From contig CAISYZ010000070.1 of NCBI GenBank assembly GCA_903889895.1, positions 34,368-98,367 of the forward strand: 64,000 nt of DNA, read 5' to 3'. The stretch is from an uncultured Verrucomicrobia subdivision 3 bacterium (lineage in GTDB: Bacteria > Verrucomicrobiota > Verrucomicrobiia > Limisphaerales > UBA11358). Positions within the stretch are counted from its first letter, which is position 1. Each line of letters opens with the position of its first letter. The position numbers and the translations under genes were made by a program. The notes beneath the pieces are model-generated. The model ran no database searches. It saw only the letters and a list, made by a program, of their open reading frames with translations, and was not told the origin of the DNA. Positions 56,211 to 64,000 of this stretch are shown one piece after another.

Positions 56211-58895
56211 TTATTGTGCGGTGATCTTCTGCCGGATTTTTTCGAGGTCTTTGCCCTCGGGCATCACGAACAGGCATTGGCCGGCGCTTCGACTTTCCCA
56301 CACCGCGCCGACGGCGCGTTTTTCTTCCGCATCAGCAAACAGGTGTTCGCCCTTGTATTCCACCACCAGCACGCGGCCGTCATTCAGTTGGCAAAGAAAA
56401 TCAGGATAAAACCAATGCTTTGAGGTTTGCAGCCGGAAGGAACTGGTTTTGTTGGCCAGATTCCGCACCCAAAATTTCACTTCCGTCAACCCGTCGAGAA
56501 ATTGCGCGCATTTGAATTCATCGCGCAAGGTGCCATCGGCCCGCTTCTCCGGCAGTTCGCCGGGCTTGGGGCCAAAGTAATGTTTTTTGAACTGAAAGCC
56601 GCCTTCGTAGAGCGCGCCAGGCTCATAGCTCATCGTCTTGAAATTGATCGCGCGCTCGTCGCTGACGGTCAGGGCGGAACCGGCCAGCAGGAATTGCTGG
56701 AACGCCGTTTTCTGTTCGCCATCACGATGCTGCTGGATGCGTTCCTCTATCTGTTCTCGCAAGCGAAAGCGATCCAGCGCCAGCACGCCGATGTCGGCGA
56801 TGCCATATTTTGCCATCAGGCCGCGAATGACCTGCCGCAAAAATTCCGCCGATTCGCCGGCGGGAATATCCTGATGGTCAATGTGCCGGTCCAGCCAGCC
56901 GACCAAATCTTCCAGCTTCCAATCGCCTGAACCACCCAGCGCGATGACCTGCTGATGCAGCGTCGCCACGAAATCTGTTTCGGCTTTATCCTGCAACATT
57001 TCCGTTTGCACCTCGCCTTTGGTGCCAATGTCCACCAATCCCGCCTTGCCTGCCGGACGTTTCAGCGGATTGTAGCCATCAGCCAGCGATGCGTTCTTTG
57101 CGCTCAATTTCCACGGATGCTCCAAGAGAAACGTGTTTTCAAACTCAAATAAAATTCCAGCCTCGCGCACGCAAAGCAGCGGCACGATGAAATCCATCTG
57201 CAATTCATAGGGCGACGGCGTGCGGGTTTTCCCGCTGCCGCCAAAAGCCTTGTCCAACTCGCGCACCAGTTCAACCGCTTCGGCAATTTTGGCTTTGGCT
57301 TCCGGCGTTTTGACGCAACTGGCCAGCTTTTCAGCCTCGACCTGGTCGAGCGGGACCAGCACGGTGATGGCACCGCTGGCTGTATCAATGCGCGCCTTAC
57401 CCGCCAGTGCCGGCACCTGGGTTTTTGTCACCGTCACGTCAATGTCCGCTGGCAACACCTGCACCGTCTTGGGCTGCGCGCCCAGCGGCAACGAACCTTG
57501 CGACACCGGAATGATAATCCGCTCGGTTTCCGCCCGCGTGAAGCCGTTGCTTTCCAGCGCCTCGCGCAACTCGTTCAAAACTTCCGGCAACGAATCCGAA
57601 ACCGAGAACGCATACGCGCAATTCAAATCGGGATGCTGCTTGGCCCGGGCGTTGGGCAGCCGGAGAATGCGCCCGACGATTTGTTCAATCGCCGTGGCCG
57701 AGCGCGTCTCCTTCAAACTGCAAAGCACATAAGCAAACGGACAATCCCAGCCTTCTCGCAACTTCTGCACGGTGATGATGAACCGCACCGCCGGTTCTTT
57801 GGCGGATCGGATTGCCTCCGCGCTGGGCAATTCGTCGTTATTGCCCACGGAGATTTTCACCTGGTCCTTGGCGATGCCAAAATCACTGGCCAGCCGGTCG
57901 CGCAATGGTTCGCACGCGTCCACGCGCTCCGCCTGAATCAGCATGATGGGCCGCAAATACTCGCCGGTCTGTTGCGCCTCGGCGATGGCGATTTTTTCCA
58001 AGTCGCCACGCAACGTAATGGCCTCGGACAGCAGTTGATCCTTCTGGCTCGGATGCCGGGTGATGACGCGCAACGGCAATTTCACCATGTCCGCCGCCTT
58101 CAATTCCGCCGCTGAAACGTGGTGCAAAATGTTCGACGGCGCGACGCCGGTGCGCGCGGGGGTGGCAGTGAATTCCACGATGCACGACGGCAGCACATTG
58201 CCCAGCGTGGCAAAACTCAAATCCGTCCGCGCATTGTGGGCCTCGTCCACGATGACGATGGGCCGCCGCAGGCGCAGCATATTTACCAGCGACGGCTTGG
58301 GTTTGCCATCCGCACCCGGCAGCAAGTCCGTCAACCGGTCGGCGGGAACATTCAGCAGATGTTCGGAGAAACTGCCGTTCTGGTCATACACTTTCCGCCC
58401 GGTGGTATCCTCGGCGCGAAAAGCCTGGATGGTCGAAACGATGACAACGGTTTGACCGTCCACCGTGGCGCGCGGCAGCCGCAAGGCTTCTTCAATCGTC
58501 ACTACTTCCACCGAACCGCACGCCAGTTCCAGCGCACGACGATAATCATGGCGCGGATCGCGCAAGGCGTCAGCGGTCTGGTCAAGAATTGTGTTGCTGG
58601 GCACCAGCCAGAGCACCACCGCGCGCTCGGCGCGCATGAAATCCGTCATGGCCAGGCCCGCCGCGTGGCAGGCCAGTAAAGTTTTTCCGCCGCCCGTGGG
58701 CACACGCAGGCAGACGTAGGGCATCTGCGGTTTCATGCCAGCCACGCTCACCGGAATGTAAGGTGTGGCCGTGCCGAATGTGCGCGCGGTGATTTCACGG
58801 AAAGCCGGTTCGGGATTCTGCTCCCGCGCGGCGAGACGGAAAAAATCCCGCAACGAATCCAGCACCCGCGTTTGATAGGGTTTCGGTGTGATCAT
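56211..58895 (-). CDS. Type III restriction enzyme Res subunit (SF2 helicase plus PD-(D/E)xK nuclease)
   Basis: Walker A PTGGGKT at nt 58680-58700. DEAH at nt 58236-58247. C-terminal FYPDFL...VVEYKG nuclease-like motif. The start forms an ATGA overlap with the mod stop at 58892-58895. Confidence 0.85.
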   Translation of the reverse strand: MITPKPYQTRVLDSLRDFFRLAAREQNPEPAFREITARTFGTATPYIPVSVAGMKPQMPYVCLRVPTGGGKTLLACHAAGLAMTDFMRAERAVVLWLVPSNTILDQTADALRDPRHDYRRALELACGSVEVVTIEEALRLPRATVDGQTVVIVSTIQAFRAEDTTGRKVYDQNGSFSEHLLNVPADRLTDLLPGADGKPKPSLVNMLRLRRPIVIVDEAHNARTDLSFATLGNVLPSCIVEFTATPARTGVAPSNILHHVSAAELKAADMVKLPLRVITRHPSQKDQLLSEAITLRGDLEKIAIAEAQQTGEYLRPIMLIQAERVDACEPLRDRLASDFGIAKDQVKISVGNNDELPSAEAIRSAKEPAVRFIITVQKLREGWDCPFAYVLCSLKETRSATAIEQIVGRILRLPNARAKQHPDLNCAYAFSVSDSLPEVLNELREALESNGFTRAETERIIIPVSQGSLPLGAQPKTVQVLPADIDVTVTKTQVPALAGKARIDTASGAITVLVPLDQVEAEKLASCVKTPEAKAKIAEAVELVRELDKAFGGSGKTRTPSPYELQMDFIVPLLCVREAGILFEFENTFLLEHPWKLSAKNASLADGYNPLKRPAGKAGLVDIGTKGEVQTEMLQDKAETDFVATLHQQVIALGGSGDWKLEDLVGWLDRHIDHQDIPAGESAEFLRQVIRGLMAKYGIADIGVLALDRFRLREQIEERIQQHRDGEQKTAFQQFLLAGSALTVSDERAINFKTMSYEPGALYEGGFQFKKHYFGPKPGELPEKRADGTLRDEFKCAQFLDGLTEVKFWVRNLANKTSSFRLQTSKHWFYPDFLCQLNDGRVLVVEYKGEHLFADAEEKRAVGAVWESRSAGQCLFVMPEGKDLEKIRQKITAQ

Positions 58896-60481
58896 GCCAC
58901 TTTGATTTCGTAGGGCGTCTGGCGGACGATGATGCGCTCGGCCTGCAACCGGTCTTTGCCCAACAGACAGCCGGCGCAATAAATGACTTTCTGGCCGTCG
59001 AACTTGGGCAACTGCGCCAGCACGGCGCGCGTCAGAATGTTGCCGCCATTGGCACTCTTGTCACCCAGGATGCCGTTGAACAAAAGATAAATACCGACAC
59101 CACGACACTCGCCAAGCAAGGGCGATTTTAGCACGCGCTCGCGCGGCAACGGCTCGCCGGTCTCGGTGAAATAGACGTGCCGCGCCAGATCTGCGAAACG
59201 CACGGATGATTTGATTTGCCCGTGTTCGTCAAACAGCGTCTCGCCGAGTTCGCAGAAGCGGAAGCCTCCGCCGAGTCCTTCCACTTTTTCGCCCTTGGCG
59301 TTGGTGTAGCCTTGGGCGACGCGCTTGACGCGCTCGGCGGTGATGTCGCGCGCGATTTTGGCTTCCATTTCCACGAGGATGAATTTGCGGTGGCCGCCGT
59401 CCGCCTTGTTCAAATTCAAAACCGCGTGGCCGGTCGTGCCGCTGCCGGCGAATGAATCCAGAATCAATGAATCTTTATCCGTCGTCTGTTCAATCAAGCT
59501 TTCAATCAACGAACGTGGTTTGGGGAAAATGAATGGAGATGCGCCCATTATTCCCGCAACTTCTTCCGTGCCTTCATTTGTGTTGCCACACTCGATTATT
59601 GAGGAGAACCCTGTAAAATCACTTTCCAGTTCAGCCAAGAATTTTTTGTGCCTCGGTCTGCCGTTCGGCGATTTTGGCCAAATAACTCGATTCTCACGAA
59701 TCTTTTGCGCCATCGTATCCGTGGAATATCTCCACCCTTTATCTGGACAGCCGTAATTGATGCCTGTCGCTGGATCAACTAAATCATAATGAAGATTTGG
59801 CCGGCGATCTTTCGTCGCCAAGCCAACCATGTTATCACTCATCCAATCACCGCGCGGGTCTTTGTCAGGGTTGGTATACTTGGTTTTATCTTTCATCGCG
59901 CCGCGCAGGCTTGCATCAGGCCCTCGATAGACCAAAACGTATTCGTGATCTGTTGACACATTTGCTTTGTGTCGCGAATCGAGGTTGCGCCTACTTTTCC
60001 AGACGAAAGTTCCAACAAATCTATCGGGTGGCAGCAGTTCATCCATGACGAGCTTCAGCCGATATAATTCCACGTCATCAATGCAGATTAAAATAAAGCC
60101 GTCTTTGCGAAGAAACTTCAACAACAATTGAAGTCGCGGATACATCATGCAAAGCCACTTGTCATGGCGGCATAGATCATCAATTTCTTTCCCTACGGTT
60201 TTCCCGAGCCAATCAGAAATCAAAGGACTGTTGACCTGATCGTTGTAGGTCCAAGTTTGTTCGCCGGTGTTGTATGGCGGGTCAATGCAGACGCACTTGA
60301 CCTGGCCGGCGTAGTAAGGCAGCAGCGCCTTGAGCGCCACCAGATTGTCGCCCTGCACGATGAGGTTGCCCGCGCCCGGTTCGCCGACGGAAAGCTCCGG
60401 CACGTCGCGGAGCAAACGGAACGGAACGGCGTGATGATGATTCACGACGGCTTCTTTTCCGATCCAGTTGAGGGTGGGCAT
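58892..60481 (-). CDS. Type III R-M Mod subunit, beta-class N6-adenine (or N4-cytosine) DNA methyltransferase
   Basis: MPTLNWIGKE start. DPPY at nt 60272-60283 lies N-terminal to FAGSGTTGHAV, i.e. motif IV, then TRD, then motif I, which is the beta-class order. Confidence 0.85.
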   Translation of the reverse strand: MPTLNWIGKEAVVNHHHAVPFRLLRDVPELSVGEPGAGNLIVQGDNLVALKALLPYYAGQVKCVCIDPPYNTGEQTWTYNDQVNSPLISDWLGKTVGKEIDDLCRHDKWLCMMYPRLQLLLKFLRKDGFILICIDDVELYRLKLVMDELLPPDRFVGTFVWKSRRNLDSRHKANVSTDHEYVLVYRGPDASLRGAMKDKTKYTNPDKDPRGDWMSDNMVGLATKDRRPNLHYDLVDPATGINYGCPDKGWRYSTDTMAQKIRENRVIWPKSPNGRPRHKKFLAELESDFTGFSSIIECGNTNEGTEEVAGIMGASPFIFPKPRSLIESLIEQTTDKDSLILDSFAGSGTTGHAVLNLNKADGGHRKFILVEMEAKIARDITAERVKRVAQGYTNAKGEKVEGLGGGFRFCELGETLFDEHGQIKSSVRFADLARHVYFTETGEPLPRERVLKSPLLGECRGVGIYLLFNGILGDKSANGGNILTRAVLAQLPKFDGQKVIYCAGCLLGKDRLQAERIIVRQTPYEIKVA

Positions 60482-60548
60482 GGCTGACAGCACGCGAGCC
60501 AGTCAGACACGGGAAATCTAAATAGAAGAGGCGCGAACTCGTCGTGCC

Positions 60549-60680
60549 CTGCCCTGAGGCACCGCGAAGCGCCTGTCAAACGAGACACGCCAAGCCGCGC
60601 CCACTTGGGCGCGCTCGGTCGGTTCGTTTGACGGGCTAGAAAATTCGCGGTTTTCAGGGCAGCCCGTAGCCGAAGCTACG
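60549..60680 (-). other. Long nested imperfect hairpin plus a UUCG-capped hairpin, candidate structured RNA or leader
   Basis: Four nested helices: 60549-60557/60654-60662 (9 bp), 60562-60568/60644-60650 (7 bp), 60575-60583/60624-60632 (9 bp) and 60597-60602/60607-60612 (6 bp). The adjacent hairpin cgtagc-cgaa-gctacg (60665-60680) reads as a C(UUCG)G tetraloop on the minus strand. Confidence 0.5.
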
Positions 60681-60788
60681 CAAAATTGTTAATTATATTA
60701 TTCTGGGTTCGTTTTTGTTTTTAGCGCCGCCAGTTTGGCGGCAAAAATTATCGGGGTCAATCCGCGTTCGCAGAATCCGGCAGCGGTT

Positions 60789-61655
60789 TTATTTTGCGTT
60801 CGGTTCCCGGATTTTCCTGGCATGGCCCGGCGGCAGGTAGTTTTCGCCGGTCACAACGCGTTTGCCAGTCTGGGCTTCGAGTTCCAGCCGGGCGCGTTTG
60901 GCAATCTTGCCGCCGGTCTTGGCGGCGGTCTGATTTTCGGCCATGCCGGTGGCGGCAATGGTCTCGGCAATCTGGCGGGTGGAAAGTTCAGCGAGGGCGG
61001 TGAAGATGAGTTCGGCCTCGCTCATGTGGTCGCGGAGGTTCTGGGTTTTGAGGCCTTTCAAAACCTTGTGGGCATTGACACTGACGCCACTCCATTCCTG
61101 ATGAATAAGGTTGGTGAGGATGGCGTATTCATCGCCTTTCTTGATGTCGTGCGTGGCCCAGTAGTCGGTGAGTTTGTTGCGGGTTTCCTGCCCGGTCATG
61201 CGCTGCTGAATCCACTTGTCACTGCGACCATGTTTCTGCCAGGTGGCGCGGGCGCGTTCGAGGGCGCGGGCGGGGTCGGCCATTTCCTGCATCCGCTCGT
61301 AGCCGGTTTTGGCGAGCCAGAGCTTGATCGGCTCGGCCTTGGGGCTGGGAACGCTCTGAACGAGGCGCAACAGCGTTTCGGCATTGGCGACGTCAGTGAG
61401 GTAGCTTTTGCCGTCGGCGGCTGCCAATTTCAGTTGGTTACAATTTGTAACCAACTGAGATCCCTCCTTATTTAACCGGTGTTTCAGGACTTTCCAGTAA
61501 TTCTGAGCCGCCTTGTAATCCGGCTGCTGGGTGAGAACTTGGATGATGTCCACGACCGAAAACCACCACGTTTCGGTCTTTTCGTCGTAGAGGCGGCGAA
61601 TTCTGTGTCCCTCAAAAATGGCCAGGTCTTTTTTCATAATGTCGGTTGAAACCAT
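60789..61655 (-). CDS. BRO-N domain protein, DinD/antirepressor-like
   Basis: LAIFEGHRIRRLYDEKTETWWFSVVDIIQVL is a BRO-N signature. The long helical C-terminal half resembles DNA-damage-inducible protein D. Alternative start at M7 (61637). Confidence 0.7.
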   Translation of the reverse strand: MVSTDIMKKDLAIFEGHRIRRLYDEKTETWWFSVVDIIQVLTQQPDYKAAQNYWKVLKHRLNKEGSQLVTNCNQLKLAAADGKSYLTDVANAETLLRLVQSVPSPKAEPIKLWLAKTGYERMQEMADPARALERARATWQKHGRSDKWIQQRMTGQETRNKLTDYWATHDIKKGDEYAILTNLIHQEWSGVSVNAHKVLKGLKTQNLRDHMSEAELIFTALAELSTRQIAETIAATGMAENQTAAKTGGKIAKRARLELEAQTGKRVVTGENYLPPGHARKIREPNAK

Positions 61656-61860
61656 TGAATCAAAGTGCGGACATCCTATTTCAAAAACGCGCCGGTTTTA
61701 TTTTAGCGCCGGCAGTGTGCGCGTTCGGCTGGGCATCGTCAATCGCGGGGTGCATTCGACTTTATTTTACCCGCCCGGGTTGGTAAATCATTCGGAATGA
61801 AACCGAACGAATCGTCACGAACAATGCCGATACCGGCGGAAAATTCGACCGCGCCTGGCC

Positions 61861-62592
61861 ATGAAAATTTCCAATGACTATCGTCAGCAAGACTTTCAGT
61901 GCTGGCCCAGACCGTCAGAGCTGAATCTGGCGCGGCTGGCCGCGCAGTTGGCGCGCACCGAAAAAATCGATCCGCAGCAATTGGTCAAGGAGGCTTGGGC
62001 GCTCTATTGGGAAAGCTGCCGGATGCTTAAAGAGGATGACCGGATGGTGGAGGAATATTTCAAGGTCATTGAGGGCGAGGACGATCATCAATATGATTAC
62101 CCGGACGAAGCCGAAACGCCGCCGGTGCCAACCCCAAAGAAATATCCAGTTTCCTACAAGGAAGCAGAGTTGCTGTTGTTACCCAAGCTGAAGGGGCGCA
62201 CCGCCGAGCGCGCCAAAATCATGCGCGATTTCGTGTTTGTGGATTTTGTCCGCAGCAAACATGCCGGGTTAAAAACCGACGACGGGATGGGGATCATGAA
62301 ATTCAACCCCGAAGACCTGGAGCGTTTACGCAAAGAGTCCGAGGATGAACGCGCCGAGGTTTTTCGGTATTTGCGATCCAAGACATTTGATGCGCGGGAA
62401 TATGAAATATTTGCCCATCATTTCCTGACTTGGTATCGGCAACGCACCGGCTACCTCAAGAGCATGATCCGATCGGAAAGTGCGCGAAAACGGTGGGCCG
62501 AACGGCGGAAACATCATCAGGCCAAAACCGGAGCCCGACCGAATCGGGCCGCCTTAAAAGAGATTTTGGCACCTTCGAAAAAACCCGCTTGA
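61861..62592 (+). CDS. Hypothetical protein with an acidic centre and a basic C-terminus
   Basis: 243-aa ORF with normal coding appearance. Divergent from the BRO-N gene. No family recognised. Confidence 0.5.
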   Translation: MKISNDYRQQDFQCWPRPSELNLARLAAQLARTEKIDPQQLVKEAWALYWESCRMLKEDDRMVEEYFKVIEGEDDHQYDYPDEAETPPVPTPKKYPVSYKEAELLLLPKLKGRTAERAKIMRDFVFVDFVRSKHAGLKTDDGMGIMKFNPEDLERLRKESEDERAEVFRYLRSKTFDAREYEIFAHHFLTWYRQRTGYLKSMIRSESARKRWAERRKHHQAKTGARPNRAALKEILAPSKKPA

Positions 62593-62628
62593 CGGGAGCA
62601 AATCCCTGAAAAAGCGAAAGCCGCAGCG

Positions 62629-62731
62629 GTCGCGTCGTTTTTTGCATCGCGACGCCCGCTAAAAAGTGTGTTTTGCATCCGCGACGGAATTGATCCGTCG
62701 CGTTTTGCATTTTGGCCAGCGCACTTTGCAG
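62629..62731. promoter_or_regulatory. Cluster of TTTTGCAT / CGCGAC repeats and a 9-bp inverted repeat (operator or iteron-like)
   Basis: TTTTGCAT occurs at 62640-62647, 62671-62678 and 62703-62710, with CTTTGCA at 62724-62730. gtcgcg (62629-62634) pairs with cgcgac (62648-62653). cgcgacgga (62680-62688) pairs with tccgtcgcg (62694-62702). Confidence 0.5.
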
Positions 62732-62788
62732 AGAGAGCAGTTAAACGAGCCAAAAAGGCCTAATCAATTCATTTGGTATTGATTGGGC

Positions 62789-63091
62789 ATGCAGAAAAAA
62801 TTCAATCCCACGGCGCGGCTCGCCTCTTTGGACGGGCTGCTGGAAACGGTCATCCCGGCCTACTTAAACCCCACACCCTCCCGCGAAACCTTGCGGGAGT
62901 GGTTTGATGAAGCGCGCATTCCGCGCTTCAAGGCGAATCCCACAGCCAAGCGCGGCGGCGGGCCGGTTTATTATTCGGTGGCCGCCGTGGAGAAATTCCT
63001 CCAGACCCGGACGCTGCCGTGCCGCCTGCCGGCGGCGACGCTGCCGGATCGGAATCCAAACAAGTCCACAACCGCCCCGGGCTTGAATTGA
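62789..63091 (+). CDS. Helix-turn-helix protein, excisionase/AlpA-like
   Basis: TLREWFDEARIPRFKANP...PVYYSVAAVEKFL resembles excisionase-family HTH proteins. Sits just upstream of the replication gene. ATG at 62789; the track ORF starts at TTG 62783. Confidence 0.5.
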   Translation: MQKKFNPTARLASLDGLLETVIPAYLNPTPSRETLREWFDEARIPRFKANPTAKRGGGPVYYSVAAVEKFLQTRTLPCRLPAATLPDRNPNKSTTAPGLN

Positions 63092-63092
63092 T

Positions 63093-63404
63093 ATGGCAAC
63101 CATTCCACTCAACACCGCCGTTGGTGATCGCGACTTGTGCGCCTGGCAACCGGTTCGTGGCATCGTCTGGGTGCAGACCCGTAACCCAAACCATGCCCGC
63201 CGCATGGCCAAGCGCAGCGACGGCAAGCTGGTTGCATGGGGCGTCGCCGGCGGCTACCTGAAGACCTTCGAGTTCCAGCAATCAATGGCTTGGGCCATCC
63301 GGTTGTTGAATCGCTACACCGCCGCCGAAACGACCGCTAATGCGGCATTGGGGCACGACATTTGCCCGGAGACAAATCAGAAGACAGGAAAGGACGGTCT
63401 ATGA
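63093..63404 (+). CDS. Hypothetical small protein
   Basis: 103 aa. Starts 1 nt after the previous stop, and its own stop overlaps the next ATG (ATGA at 63401-63404). Confidence 0.45.
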   Translation: MATIPLNTAVGDRDLCAWQPVRGIVWVQTRNPNHARRMAKRSDGKLVAWGVAGGYLKTFEFQQSMAWAIRLLNRYTAAETTANAALGHDICPETNQKTGKDGL

Positions 63405-64000
63405 CAATGATGCAAACCACTGTGAATGGCAGCCCACTGGATAAATTCACTGCCCAGCTCGGCGACGATGTGTTTTTCGTGCCATGCGAGCGGGGCACGA
63501 AAAAACCACTTCTGACCTATGTCGAGCGGCCGTTTGAATCCACGAAGACTGATGCCTACCGCGCTGTTTTCGCTGAAACTAAATCCAACATTGCGGTTTA
63601 TCTCGGCAAAGCGTCGGGCGGATTGTGTGCGGTTGATTTCGACACCGACGAAGATCTGTCCGCGTTTCTCGCGGTCAATCCGAAGCTGGAAGCGACGACG
63701 CGCTCGCGCGGCAGTCGCGGCGGCATAATCTGGTTGCGCATCGAGGGGGAATACCCCGAGAGCTGCAACCCAGAACATAAACATTTCGAGTGGCGGGCCG
63801 ACAAGCGGCTCTCGACGATCTACGGCCGCCATCCGAACGGGATGGATTACACCCTGCTGGTGGATGCAGTGCCAGTGGCACTTCCATTCTCTGAAATCAT
63901 CTGGCCAGAAGGCTGGGAGTTGCCGTGGGTGGGTGCCGCCGAGCGCGCCGCCGCGGCGGCACTGGAACGCGAATACGGCCGGCCGTTCTACACCACCAAG
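63401..64000 (+). CDS. Bifunctional DNA primase/polymerase (PrimPol, AEP fold) N-terminal domain protein, 3' end beyond the window
   Basis: Not in the supplied ORF track because the frame has no stop before the window end. My translation reads MTMMQTTVNGSPLDKF..VFFVPCERGTKKPLLTY..NIAVYLGKASGGLCAVDFDTDED..STIYGRHPNGMDY. The DxD motif (DFD) lies at nt 63635-63643. Confidence 0.7.
   Translation, partial: MTMMQTTVNGSPLDKFTAQLGDDVFFVPCERGTKKPLLTYVERPFESTKTDAYRAVFAETKSNIAVYLGKASGGLCAVDFDTDEDLSAFLAVNPKLEATTRSRGSRGGIIWLRIEGEYPESCNPEHKHFEWRADKRLSTIYGRHPNGMDYTLLVDAVPVALPFSEIIWPEGWELPWVGAAERAAAAALEREYGRPFYTTK

Larger units (their letters stand above)
53285..64000. mobile_element. Integrated accessory/mobile element, partial (runs off the window)
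   Basis: Abrupt composition drop right after truncated carB. Carries a tyrosine integrase, type III R-M cargo, a BRO-N protein, an excisionase-like HTH and a PrimPol replication gene. The left boundary is uncertain (53285, or within 54596-54932). The right end is not in the window. Confidence 0.6.

Noticed and set aside
60727-60743. The hairpin gccgcca-gtt-tggcggc as the terminator of the BRO-N gene.
   Set aside because: For minus-strand transcription the stem is followed by an A-rich run, not a T-rich run. The T-run precedes the stem on the plus strand. It therefore does not fit a canonical intrinsic terminator in either direction.
60735-61475. A 246-aa plus-strand ORF opposite the BRO-N gene.
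   Set aside because: It is a Gly/Ala/Phe-rich antisense frame. The minus-strand frame carries a recognisable BRO-N signature.

Overview
The window is a high-GC (roughly 60% in hand-counted samples) chromosomal segment. It carries hallmarks of the PVC superphylum, most likely Verrucomicrobiota: an H-X9-DG prepilin-type protein, a PSCyt1 cytochrome domain, a formylglycine sulfatase, and secreted PA14/GH2 glycan enzymes.

Layout from left to right:
- (1) 61-11506, minus strand: a PSCyt1 haem protein, a Tat-exported DUF2264-like protein, dnaE, two tandem AlgJ/AlgX-like paralogs, an MBOAT O-acyltransferase and an MsbA-like exporter.
- (2) 11628-19848: an LPS-core/glycan cluster with five GT2, one GT9, one GT4, a DUF4254 protein and a low-GC sulfotransferase.
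- (3) 19877-27538: housekeeping genes, namely a Zn-ribbon protein, an MFS transporter, nadD, a beta-CASP MBL nuclease, an orphan GspF/PilC, a porin and metF.
- (4) 27539-34671, minus strand: a tightly packed six-gene operon joining a YbjQ-like protein, an HpnN-like MMPL/RND transporter, an unusual aromatic-Pro repeat protein and MlaE/MlaF/MlaD. I rate this the most interesting candidate system.
- (5) 34672-35281: a 610-bp non-coding gap that contains nine strictly 21-bp-phased G4-N4-C4 repeats. An orphan FN3-like protein and a low-GC 4-TM protein follow it.
- (6) 36864-51667: sulfatase, hppA, ruvB, a polytopic membrane protein, a propeller/PA14 secreted protein, GH2, an H-X9-DG pseudopilin and a PQQ dehydrogenase fused to cytochrome c.
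- (7) 51776-53284: carB ends after about 500 codons, exactly where the composition drops.
- (8) 53285 to the window end: accessory/mobile DNA. It holds a J-domain/Sel1 protein, a 187-aa orphan, a tyrosine integrase, a type III mod-res R-M system, a BRO-N/DinD-like protein, an HTH excisionase-like protein and a PrimPol cut by the window edge. It also contains several structured or repeat-bearing intergenic regions.

I found no rRNA, tRNA or CRISPR array by eye. Many long ORFs in the supplied track are antisense or alternative-frame artefacts of high GC. Many true starts lie internal to the listed ORFs, often forming ATGA stop/start overlaps. All family assignments come from reading the translations for motifs; no database search was run.
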